IMG/VR virus record: IMGVR_UViG_3300034415_000120
DNA: 64,000 nt
Reading direction: 5' to 3' (one strand)
Origin: a virus
Shown piece after piece: positions 39,162 to 48,785 of the stretch. A program made the translations under genes and the position numbers. The notes under the pieces are model-generated. The model did no database searches and was not told the DNA's origin. It saw only the letters and a list, made by a program, of their open reading frames with translations. Position 1 is the stretch's first letter. Each line of letters begins with the position of its first letter.

Positions 39162-40115
39162 ATGAAAGAATTAAAGAATCTAGTAACAGTAACAGGAAGA
39201 CTTGTAAAAAATAACATTGAAGAGTTTAAAACAAAAAAAGGTGTAGACGCAATCGGAGGAAGTCTTGTATTAAGAACTGCTGACAATAGTGAACATGAGA
39301 TTAATTTCTATGCGAATAAATACAAGAAAAATGAAAACAAAGAGTTTACAACAGAAGAAAGTTACTTCTATAAACAGTATATGGATGCAAAAAATAATCT
39401 GAAAGATATTGAACATTGCTCAGAAGGAGAATCACCAGATGTTGTATCTATTACAGATGGTACATTCACAGACAACGACTTCAAGATTAATGGAAAAGTA
39501 GTATCTTCAAACAAAATCAACGCTAAATTTATTAATAAAATTGAGCCGAAAGATTATGAAAGCACAGTTCTGGAAGCTAAATTTGAAGTAGAAGGAATTG
39601 TAGAAAAAATTACAGATGAGATTGTGAAAGATGTTCCTACTGGAAATCTCGTAGTTACAATGAATGCTATTGGTCAAATGGCTGATGGATTTGGAAAAGA
39701 TGCCAAATATGAAGCTGATCACCTGATTCCAATTAGAATGACTGTTGATAAATCAATGGCTACAGATTTCCGCAATGCAGGATATTATGATGGATGCTTT
39801 ACTAAATTCACAGGTGTTGTAATTAATACTGTTGAAATTACAAAAGAAGTTGAGAAGGCTGCGTTTGGAACAGACATTATTAAAAAAGTAAAGAGAAATA
39901 TCAGAAGAAACGAAATTAAATCTGGTGTTGCGGTATCAACAATTTATGAACATGATCTGACAGAAGATGTTGTAGATACTCTGAAATCAAAGAGAAAAGC
40001 AAAACTCAAAGAGATTGAAAGTGGAGAATCAGCACATACAGAAACAGCAGAAGGATTTGAGAAAAATCCAACTCCTGCTCCTGCAACTACATACAATCCA
40101 TTTTTACAGAGATAA
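39162..40115 (+). CDS. putative single-stranded-DNA-binding (SSB/OB-fold) protein
   Basis: N-terminus NLVTVTGRLVKNNIEEFKTKKGVDAIGGSLVLRT follows the SSB OB-fold start pattern (N.V.L.GRL..dPE.R.T..G..V..F.LA). Position immediately upstream of the recombinase/helicase/primase genes. Confidence 0.4.
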   Translation: MKELKNLVTVTGRLVKNNIEEFKTKKGVDAIGGSLVLRTADNSEHEINFYANKYKKNENKEFTTEESYFYKQYMDAKNNLKDIEHCSEGESPDVVSITDGTFTDNDFKINGKVVSSNKINAKFINKIEPKDYESTVLEAKFEVEGIVEKITDEIVKDVPTGNLVVTMNAIGQMADGFGKDAKYEADHLIPIRMTVDKSMATDFRNAGYYDGCFTKFTGVVINTVEITKEVEKAAFGTDIIKKVKRNIRRNEIKSGVAVSTIYEHDLTEDVVDTLKSKRKAKLKEIESGESAHTETAEGFEKNPTPAPATTYNPFLQR

Positions 40116-40207
40116 ACACAATTAATTGAAATGGTAAATTACCTACTCAGTTCATATTGAATTGAGTAGGTACACAAATAAATCACATATATAAGGAGAA
40201 AATTAGA

Positions 40208-41188
40208 ATGATTCCAAATTTATTAGACTTACAACCAAACAAAGTATCTGTTGACCTTACTCAGTATTCAATGATTATCATGGGTGATACTGGTGTTGGT
40301 AAAACAATGAGTACAATGAAGTTTCTGAAAGAATTAGTTCCAGATAAAGATCCATTCTTCCTAGAATTTGAAGATAGATTCCAGAACATTCCTGGAATTA
40401 CCGCAGTAAAAGTAAATAGTATGTCAGACTTTAAATCAATCATTGGACAGTTAAGAAATCCAGCATTAAAAAATAAATTCTCTTGTATTGTAATTGATAC
40501 GCTTGACAAATATGAAGAATTTTGTGAGAGATATGTCCTTGAGAATAGAGATGCTGAAATCTTAAAAGATGTTGGTGGTTTTGGTGAAGGTTCATTAAGA
40601 TTTAAAAGTGCATTAAGAAACATTGGATTGATTCAAAGTTTAGGATATACAGTTCATTGTATTGCACAGTCTTCTCACGTAAAAGATTTTGACACAAAGA
40701 AAGAGAGTGATTCTCTTAAACTTAACAAAAACACATTTTCATATTGTAGAGAAGGTGCTTTCCTTGTTGGATATATGTATCAAAAAGATGGAGAGCGTTA
40801 TGTAACATTTAAGAAAAGTGACAAATATCCAGATTTAAAAGATACATTCAATCTTCCAAACGAAATCAACATTAAAGATTTGAAAGATGTATGGGTAAAA
40901 GCAGTAGAAGATTTAGGTGGAGATTTCACAACCAAAGAGAAAACAATTGATAAGACTACTCATGTAGAAGACTTTAATGCAATTAAGAATAAAGGATTAG
41001 AGTTAGGAGCATTACTTGCACAGCATGGATATCTGAATGAAGCTACCGCAGTTTTACAGAAAAATTTAGGTCTTGATGATGATGGAAATGTAAAAATGTT
41101 TGATAGTCTAAGAGATACACAGATTGATCTTACAAAAGTAATTGTAATGGAACTTGAAGAACTTGTTACAAAATACAACATTAAATAA
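40208..41188 (+). CDS. RecA-like/Sak4-like P-loop ATPase (recombination)
   Basis: Walker A GDTGVGKT; Walker B CIVIDTLD; size and position typical of phage Sak4/AAA_24. Confidence 0.5.
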   Translation: MIPNLLDLQPNKVSVDLTQYSMIIMGDTGVGKTMSTMKFLKELVPDKDPFFLEFEDRFQNIPGITAVKVNSMSDFKSIIGQLRNPALKNKFSCIVIDTLDKYEEFCERYVLENRDAEILKDVGGFGEGSLRFKSALRNIGLIQSLGYTVHCIAQSSHVKDFDTKKESDSLKLNKNTFSYCREGAFLVGYMYQKDGERYVTFKKSDKYPDLKDTFNLPNEINIKDLKDVWVKAVEDLGGDFTTKEKTIDKTTHVEDFNAIKNKGLELGALLAQHGYLNEATAVLQKNLGLDDDGNVKMFDSLRDTQIDLTKVIVMELEELVTKYNIK

Positions 41189-41243
41189 ATCTAAGGGAGG
41201 GGCAATTCCCTCCCAATAATTAAATTTAAAAGGTGAGTGTATT

Positions 41244-41747
41244 ATGGCAAGAGGTGTTAAATGTAAATGTTGTGGTAAAGCATTACAACCAGAAGAAAAG
41301 CATAAATATGATAATCGTTATTATTGCGAAGAATGTTTTAGTAAAGTAGAAAAAGATGCAAGAGAATATAAACAACTTATGGATTACATATTCACTATAT
41401 TTCATTTGGAAAAAGCAAATGGATTAATATTGAATCAAGTTAAAAAATTTAGAAAAGAATATAACTATCCATACGCTGCTATGACATATACGTTGTGGTA
41501 TTGTAAAGAAATTTTAGGAAAATCATTTAATGAAAAGTATGGAATTTATATTATAGATCATTATTACGATGAAGCTTGTAATTTTTATCTTCAACAAGAA
41601 AAACAAAAAGAACAAGCTGACAAAATATCCAAAGTAGATATTAAAACAAAAATTGTAAATAGAAAATCTTTAAATATGAATAAAATAAAATCATCTACAT
41701 CATTGATTAATTTAGGTGATTTGATAGAGGGTGGTGATTCAAATTAA
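41244..41747 (+). CDS. Zn-finger protein (CKCCGK...YYCEECF)
   Basis: N-terminal C4 motif. Confidence 0.4.
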   Translation: MARGVKCKCCGKALQPEEKHKYDNRYYCEECFSKVEKDAREYKQLMDYIFTIFHLEKANGLILNQVKKFRKEYNYPYAAMTYTLWYCKEILGKSFNEKYGIYIIDHYYDEACNFYLQQEKQKEQADKISKVDIKTKIVNRKSLNMNKIKSSTSLINLGDLIEGGDSN

Positions 41748-43350
41748 TTTTAATCAACAGGTAGATAAGAAAGCTATATTTTTATTATTTGGTTGTTATT
41801 GTTTGAATCCAAGATTAGCATTGGATGAAAAATATGCAACTAATACAAATGATTACCCTGAGAATTTTCATAAAATGATATGGGGTGCAATTATTAATAT
41901 TGCTAAGAAAAGAACGGCTGAAAAAATTACACCCATAGATATTGAAAATGAAATATCACAATTTGATACCGCTTTGTCTTTATGGAAAAATAACGATGGT
42001 TGGGGGTATATTGAATCTGCGATTGATATGTCTTCTGACAAACTTTCAAATGTAGGTAAATATTATGATGATGTAAGAAAATATTCAATCATTAGAAATG
42101 CTACAGAATCTCTTAGAATGGATGTATCGTTTATATATGATGAAAATGATGATGAAAAACTTGAACATTTCAATCAGTTGACTAGCATTGAAGTATTAAA
42201 TGAAATCAATAATAAATTTATGGATTTTAAATCTAAATGGAAGAATGTTTTTGGTGATAACTATTCATTTAGAGCAGGTGAAGGCATTGTAGAAAGATTA
42301 AATGAACATAAGAATCAGCAAAATGTATATGGTTATCCGTTTCAATCTGGATATTTAACTACAGTATATCGAGGGATGCGACCTAAAAAATACATTTTAA
42401 GAAGTTCTGTATCTGGTGGTGGAAAATCAAGATCTTCATTAGCAGATGGATGTAACATGGTATCAGATAGAATTTATGATTGGAATAAAAGAGAATGGAT
42501 TCCAACAGGTGAAAGCCAACCAGTGTTATTTATTTCAACAGAGCTTGAAAAAGAGGAAATTCAAGATATCATTTTAGCTCATGTTAGTGGAGTTGATCAG
42601 GATAGAATTGAAGAATGGAGTGATATTACACCAGAAGAAGAATCAATTCTTGATGAATCTGCAAAATACATAGAAAATTATAATTATTATATAGAGTATA
42701 TGCCAGATTTTACAATTGATTTGATTTCTGAAACTATTGAGAAATATGTTTTAAACTATGGAATAGTAGCTTGTTTCTTTGATTACATAAATGATTCACC
42801 ATCACTTTACGAATATTATTACAATAAGACGCATACAAGACTTAGAACAGATCAGATTCTTTTTTTGTTTAGTGCAGCTTTAAAATCAGTTTGTAATAAA
42901 TTTAATGTATATCTTGGTTCAGCTACACAGTTAAATGATAATTATAAAGAAGATAATAATAAAGATGCAGGTGCATTAAAAGGATCTAAAGCTATTATCG
43001 AAAAAGCTGATGGTGGTATACTTGCACTTCCTGTAACACACAAAGATTTAAAAAGATTAAAACCAATTCTTGAGTCAGATGGTTCATTCGGATCATTAAT
43101 CCCCAATATGTCTTACTACATATTTAAAAATCGTGGTGGAAAATGGAAAACTATTATAATTTGGACAAAACTCAATATGGGAACTATGAGAGAAGTAGAT
43201 TGTTTTGTGACGGATTACAACTATGAATTAATTACTGATATTGAGAAAACGTTGATTGATTTTAGATTAGATGATGTTGGAGATGTTGGTATTATTGAAA
43301 CTGATATTGATGTATCTGGATCAGATTTAGCAATGCAATTATCTAAGTAG
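41731..43350 (+). CDS. DnaB-like replicative helicase (RecA-fold C-terminal domain)
   Basis: Walker A RSSVSGGGKSRSSL; Walker B-like CFFDYINDS; located upstream of the primase. Confidence 0.5.
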   Translation: MVIQINFNQQVDKKAIFLLFGCYCLNPRLALDEKYATNTNDYPENFHKMIWGAIINIAKKRTAEKITPIDIENEISQFDTALSLWKNNDGWGYIESAIDMSSDKLSNVGKYYDDVRKYSIIRNATESLRMDVSFIYDENDDEKLEHFNQLTSIEVLNEINNKFMDFKSKWKNVFGDNYSFRAGEGIVERLNEHKNQQNVYGYPFQSGYLTTVYRGMRPKKYILRSSVSGGGKSRSSLADGCNMVSDRIYDWNKREWIPTGESQPVLFISTELEKEEIQDIILAHVSGVDQDRIEEWSDITPEEESILDESAKYIENYNYYIEYMPDFTIDLISETIEKYVLNYGIVACFFDYINDSPSLYEYYYNKTHTRLRTDQILFLFSAALKSVCNKFNVYLGSATQLNDNYKEDNNKDAGALKGSKAIIEKADGGILALPVTHKDLKRLKPILESDGSFGSLIPNMSYYIFKNRGGKWKTIIIWTKLNMGTMREVDCFVTDYNYELITDIEKTLIDFRLDDVGDVGIIETDIDVSGSDLAMQLSK

Positions 43351-43362
43351 GGAGGTACTTAT

Positions 43363-44442
43363 ATGACCGCCCAGGAATTAAAAAGTAAACTTACAGAAGA
43401 TGATATTAAGAAACTTCTTGAATTGATGGGAGCTACTTTTTATTACGAAGACGATGATATGTGGATAACAGATACGATATGTCATCATGGAACTAAACCT
43501 AAATTATATTTTTATAAAGATTCTATGTCATTTCATTGTTATACAGAATGTGGTCAATTAGATATTATTGGCGTAGTCATGGGATATAAAGGATATGAAC
43601 AAGAAGAATTTCAAAAAGCTATCAATTGGATTTCTATAAAATTAAATCTTGACAATCATGTGTATGGATTTGGTAAACAGGAACAAATTTCTGATTGGGA
43701 GTTTATCAAAAAATATAAGAAAAATAAAAAGGTAAAACCAAAAGACAAAATATTAGTTCCTTACGATAAAAATATTCTTAATATATTTCAGCACTTTTAT
43801 TGTCAATCATGGATAGAAGAAGGAATTTCTGTAGAAACGATGAAAAAGTACAACATTCTTTATTCAACATGGCAACAAAAAATTATCATACCTCATTACG
43901 ATATGAACAATAATTTAGTTGGTGTAAGATCGAGAGCATTACTTCCTGATGATATTGAATTATTTGGTAAATATGCACCCTTTAAAATTGGCAATAAATT
44001 TTATAATCATTCTCTTGGATTAAATTTATTTGGTTTAAATCATAATATAAATGCAATTCAAAAAAAGAGAAAGATAATGCTTGTAGAAGCTGAAAAATCA
44101 GTATTTCAAACTGATACTATGTTTGGTGAAGATAATTTTACAGTTGCTTTATGTGGAAGTAATTTAACTGATTATCAAAAAGGAATGATTCTTATGTTGG
44201 GAGTTAGAGAAGTTATTATTGCATTGGATAAACAATATCAAACTCTTGATTCAGACGAATGTAAAAACTGGTCACAACATATAAAAGATAAAATCATAGA
44301 TAAATTAAGTCCATTTGTTTCTGTATCTGTACTATGGGATAGTACAAATTTGTTAGGTTATAAAGATTCTCCAACAGATAGAGGTAAAGAAACTTTGTTG
44401 AAACTTATGGAGAATAAAATATATGTAGGAACAAATCAATAA
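43363..44442 (+). CDS. DnaG-type DNA primase (Zn-binding domain + TOPRIM)
   Basis: CHHGTKPKLYFYKDSMSFHCYTECGQLDIIGVVM matches the DnaG zinc-ribbon consensus (CPFH.E..PSF.V......YHCFGCG..G..I.F). TOPRIM-like EAEKSVF...D residues. Confidence 0.7.
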   Translation: MTAQELKSKLTEDDIKKLLELMGATFYYEDDDMWITDTICHHGTKPKLYFYKDSMSFHCYTECGQLDIIGVVMGYKGYEQEEFQKAINWISIKLNLDNHVYGFGKQEQISDWEFIKKYKKNKKVKPKDKILVPYDKNILNIFQHFYCQSWIEEGISVETMKKYNILYSTWQQKIIIPHYDMNNNLVGVRSRALLPDDIELFGKYAPFKIGNKFYNHSLGLNLFGLNHNINAIQKKRKIMLVEAEKSVFQTDTMFGEDNFTVALCGSNLTDYQKGMILMLGVREVIIALDKQYQTLDSDECKNWSQHIKDKIIDKLSPFVSVSVLWDSTNLLGYKDSPTDRGKETLLKLMENKIYVGTNQ

Positions 44443-44457
44443 TTAAGGTGGTGCAGA

Positions 44458-46197
44458 GTGAGTTTTAAATATGATGTACTTGGACATGTGAGGTTTGGAT
44501 ATGAATTAAATGATATTTTGACATTAAAAGGTATTGAAGATATTGATTCATTTTTACATCCAACCATTAAACATGTTGAGAGTGAAGAATTATTTGACAA
44601 TATAAAAAAAGCAAGAGATGTATATGTACAGCATGTGTCGCAGAATCATACAATTGATTTACTTGTTGACTGTGATGTTGATGGATATACATCTGGTGCA
44701 AATATATATCAATATACCAAAAGAATAAATCCATCAATAGAAATTAGATGTTTTATTCACAGTGGGAAAGTACATGGATTATCTGAATTTATAGACTCTA
44801 TGTGTTCAGATAATTCAGATTTAGTTATTATTCCTGATGCTGGTAGCGGTGATTGGAATGAATGTAAGCGATTAATTGACTCTGGTAAAGATGTGATTAT
44901 TCTTGATCATCATTCAATTGATACATCTGGAAATCCTGCAATTGTAATTAATAATCAATCATCAAAAAATATTACAGATAAAGCTATGACAGGAGTTGGA
45001 ATTACATACAAATTTACAAAACTATTAGACAAATACTATAAAGTAAATTACGCTGATGATTATTTGGATTTAGTGGCTCTTGGTATGATTGGCGATAGAG
45101 CGGATGTTTTAAATCTTCAAACACGATATTTAATACTAAAAGGTATTGAAGAGATTAAAAATCATACTAATAAAAATAAGTTGATTAGTACGTTTGTCGA
45201 AGCTCAAATGTATTCTATGAATAATAAAGTTACTATTAATGGTATAGGTTTCTATGTGTGTCCATTAATCAATTCAATGATTAGACTTGGAGATTATCAA
45301 GATAAATGTTATATGTTTGAAGCGTTATGTAATTCTAATGAATTTCTTGATAGAAAAGTTAGAGGTCAAGGAATTGTAAATATGTCAATTCAAGACTATG
45401 TGTTAAAAGCATGTCAGTCAAGTAATCGTAAACAGAAAAAACAAACAGAAGAAAGTGCTGCGATATTATCGGAAGAAATATCAAAATACAATCTTGATAA
45501 ATTTCCAATTCTAGTATGTAATGCAAAAGATGATGTTGACGGTAATTCCACTGGTTTAATTGCTAATAGACTTGCTGATCAATATCAACGTCCATGTTTA
45601 TTAATGAGAAGAAAAGGTGATATATGTAGAGGAAGTGGAAGAGGAAGCGACAAATGCGAAATACTAGATTTTAATGAATGGTGTAAAAATACAGGTTTAT
45701 TTAATAAAGTAGAAGGTCATTCAGGAGCATTTGGTTGTGAAATAAGTGTTGATAATACAAATAGATTATTTGAATTATTATCAACTATGAAAAGCATTAA
45801 TGAACCTACATATCATGTCTATAACGTCTATGAATCAAATCAAATTCATGATCAGATTATCAAAAATGTAGCGAAATATGACTACATTTGGGGTAACACG
45901 ATTAGTGAACCGATATTTCTTATCAAAAATATTCCATGTAATAAATACAATTTATATCTATTAGGTTCTAAACAAAATAGAATCGAATTTACATATCACA
46001 ATATTAAATTCATAAAACAAACCAAAGGAAGTTCTTTGGCAGCACAATATAAAGAAATTATAGATATTGGAGATAATGTGGAATTTGATATTGTTGGTAG
46101 ATTTTCAATTGATTATAAAACAAAATCAGCACAAGTTTTGATTGATGACTGGATGTTCTATAAGAGTGATAAAGTTTCTGGATTTGCATTTGGATAA
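44458..46197 (+). CDS. RecJ-like DHH-family single-strand exonuclease
   Basis: DHH motifs: I VDCDVDGYTSGA; II IIPDAGSGD; III ILDHHS; IV GHSGAFG. Confidence 0.7.
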   Translation: MSFKYDVLGHVRFGYELNDILTLKGIEDIDSFLHPTIKHVESEELFDNIKKARDVYVQHVSQNHTIDLLVDCDVDGYTSGANIYQYTKRINPSIEIRCFIHSGKVHGLSEFIDSMCSDNSDLVIIPDAGSGDWNECKRLIDSGKDVIILDHHSIDTSGNPAIVINNQSSKNITDKAMTGVGITYKFTKLLDKYYKVNYADDYLDLVALGMIGDRADVLNLQTRYLILKGIEEIKNHTNKNKLISTFVEAQMYSMNNKVTINGIGFYVCPLINSMIRLGDYQDKCYMFEALCNSNEFLDRKVRGQGIVNMSIQDYVLKACQSSNRKQKKQTEESAAILSEEISKYNLDKFPILVCNAKDDVDGNSTGLIANRLADQYQRPCLLMRRKGDICRGSGRGSDKCEILDFNEWCKNTGLFNKVEGHSGAFGCEISVDNTNRLFELLSTMKSINEPTYHVYNVYESNQIHDQIIKNVAKYDYIWGNTISEPIFLIKNIPCNKYNLYLLGSKQNRIEFTYHNIKFIKQTKGSSLAAQYKEIIDIGDNVEFDIVGRFSIDYKTKSAQVLIDDWMFYKSDKVSGFAFG

Positions 46198-46199
46198 GG

Positions 46200-48785
46200 A
46201 TGGTGATTGATATAATAGATAAAAGTAAAATTTATGGTTATGATTTCGAGGTATACAGTAAAATTAATTGGTTTTGCGTTACATTTATAAATTATGAAGA
46301 TAGAAATAAAGAAGTAGTTATAGTAAATGACAGAGCAAAATTAATAGAATTTTACAACTCACACAAAGACGATATTTTTATTTCATATAATGGACGACAA
46401 TATGATACGGGGATTTTTAAAGGAATCCTGGATGGAATGAATGTCGGATTTGTAAATGATAAACTTATCAAAGAAGGTAAAAAACCTTTTCAAGTTGTAA
46501 AAAATGCAAAGAAATATCCATTGAATGATTATGATACCATTTTAAAAGATAAATCATTGAAGCAGTTAGAAGCATTTATGGGAGATGATATTAGAGAAAC
46601 AGAAGTAGACTTTAATATTGATAGATCTCTCACACAAGAAGAAATAGAACAAACACTCTATTACAACCATCATGATGTAATAGAGGTATTGAGAGTTCTT
46701 GATTATTGTTGGGATGATTTTGAAGGTCAATTAGATATCATTGAATTATATGGACTTGATATGTCGTATTTCACTAAAACTAAGGTTCAATTAGCTGTAT
46801 CTCCTAAAATTTTAAATGCTGTAAATCAACATACTTTAGATGATGAATTTGATATTCGTCTTCCAGAAACCATTCAATTATCTGATAAATACAAATTTAT
46901 TCCAGAATGGTATATGAATCCTAAAAATTGGAGATATAAAGAACATTTACGATCAGATGACGATAAACAACATAATAATCAGTTATGTTGCACTGTTGCA
47001 GGAATACCGCATGTATTTGCATGGGGAGGATGTCATGGGGCTGATGACAAAGAAGCTGTATTTGAAGGAATTATTCTACATGCTGACGTAGCTTCAATGT
47101 ATCCTACAACAGATATTGAATATGGTTTGTTGAGTAGAAAATTTAAGAATCCTGATGACTTTAAGCAAATGAGAGATTTTAGATTAAAATTAAAATCAGA
47201 AAAGAATCCAAAAAATAAAGCTCTTAAACCTATGATTAATGGTGTGTATGGAGCAGGAAAAGATAGAAATAATCCATCATATGATCCGTTAATGGCTAAT
47301 TTAACTTGTGTATTTGGACAAATGTTTATTCTTGATTTAATTGATAAACTTGAACCATATTGTAGATTATTACAAACTAATACAGATGGTATTTTTGTTC
47401 TTTGTGAAAACGAAGAGATGAAAAATAAGGTAATTGAGATAACGAATGAAGTTGGTAAACGACTCAAAATGGAGTTTGAGATAGATGAATATATAAAACT
47501 CATTCAAAAAGATGTAAATAATTATATTGCTGTTATGAAAAATGGGAAACTGGAATGTAAAGGAGCAATGGTTAAATTCAATAAACCAATTGATAATGAT
47601 TTGCCGATTTTGAATGATGCTGTTAGAAATTATTTAGCATATGATATTCCAGTTGAACAAACAATTAATGAGTGTAATGAATATATCAAATTTCAAAAAG
47701 TTATTAAGTTATCTGCGAAATACAAAGAAATATGGTATGGAAATGGAGTGTCTAGCAAAGATGGTAAAGTAATATCAATAAATGGAGAATTATTGAAAGG
47801 TAAAGTACATAGAGTATTTGCTAGCAAACGACAATCTGATGGATCAATTTACAAATTAAAAATTGAAAAAGGTATAAAATCATATGAACAGTTTGCTAAT
47901 ACACCTACTCATTTGTTTATTGACAATGAAGATATTCACGATAAGTCAATACCTGAATATCTCGATAAAGATTATTACATCAATGAAGCGAAAAAACGAG
48001 CAGATATGTTTTTAACGAAAGACGAAGAAAAAATAGATGAAACTCCATATGTATTATATAAATGTATGTGTGAAAGTCCAACATTCTATGAATTTTTAAA
48101 AGAATGTTTAGATAATAAAATAACGAAAAAAGTATTAGAACAATATTTAATTGCAGATTGTTGTAATATTTATGGTAAAACAAAAAAATTATTAATTTTT
48201 AGAGATTATTTTACTATTCTATACGGAAAAGATAAAATTAATTTAACTACGTTGAACAAGAAAATAACTGATGAAGTTATAAAAAATATAATTATTTCAA
48301 ATTCTGAATTATCTAAATCTGGTAAATCTTATAACAACATGAATTTTGAAAAAGTTCTATTAGAAATATTCGATATTATTCCAAACGAAAATATAAACCC
48401 ATATAATATCATGGAAATGCAAATTAATAAATTTGATAAAGTTAGTTATATTGATTCATCTTTAGAAAAGGATATGTGGTTTGTATTAAACACCAGAAAT
48501 GTAATTGCTCCAAATTTAATTATTTATAATATTAAAAATGGAGAAATACAATATAGAAAGGTAGACAAACAAATATTTAAAATATTACCTTTACAGGATG
48601 GTGATATTATCGAAATTAAAAATTCTAAAAAGGAATTTGCAAAAAAAATAATTGGAAAAGATGAAGATGGTAAAAACATCGTTGTTGCCGATATAGATAG
48701 AGAATTAGATATTATCACACAATATGAAATATTATATAGAAACTATGGAAAAGGCAAGTCTTTAGTTAACAGTGAGGATATTTAA
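46200..48785 (+). CDS. Family B DNA polymerase with 3'-5' exonuclease
   Basis: Exo I YGYDFEV; Exo III YNHHDV; Pol motif A DVASMYPT; motif B KPMINGVYG; motif C-like QTNTDGIFV. Confidence 0.8.
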   Translation: MVIDIIDKSKIYGYDFEVYSKINWFCVTFINYEDRNKEVVIVNDRAKLIEFYNSHKDDIFISYNGRQYDTGIFKGILDGMNVGFVNDKLIKEGKKPFQVVKNAKKYPLNDYDTILKDKSLKQLEAFMGDDIRETEVDFNIDRSLTQEEIEQTLYYNHHDVIEVLRVLDYCWDDFEGQLDIIELYGLDMSYFTKTKVQLAVSPKILNAVNQHTLDDEFDIRLPETIQLSDKYKFIPEWYMNPKNWRYKEHLRSDDDKQHNNQLCCTVAGIPHVFAWGGCHGADDKEAVFEGIILHADVASMYPTTDIEYGLLSRKFKNPDDFKQMRDFRLKLKSEKNPKNKALKPMINGVYGAGKDRNNPSYDPLMANLTCVFGQMFILDLIDKLEPYCRLLQTNTDGIFVLCENEEMKNKVIEITNEVGKRLKMEFEIDEYIKLIQKDVNNYIAVMKNGKLECKGAMVKFNKPIDNDLPILNDAVRNYLAYDIPVEQTINECNEYIKFQKVIKLSAKYKEIWYGNGVSSKDGKVISINGELLKGKVHRVFASKRQSDGSIYKLKIEKGIKSYEQFANTPTHLFIDNEDIHDKSIPEYLDKDYYINEAKKRADMFLTKDEEKIDETPYVLYKCMCESPTFYEFLKECLDNKITKKVLEQYLIADCCNIYGKTKKLLIFRDYFTILYGKDKINLTTLNKKITDEVIKNIIISNSELSKSGKSYNNMNFEKVLLEIFDIIPNENINPYNIMEMQINKFDKVSYIDSSLEKDMWFVLNTRNVIAPNLIIYNIKNGEIQYRKVDKQIFKILPLQDGDIIEIKNSKKEFAKKIIGKDEDGKNIVVADIDRELDIITQYEILYRNYGKGKSLVNSEDI

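Noticed and set aside
46200-48785. Protein-primed (phi29-like) replication for the family-B polymerase
   Set aside because: A DnaG-type primase and DnaB-like helicase are encoded just upstream and no terminal-protein candidate is evident. RNA-primed replication is more consistent.
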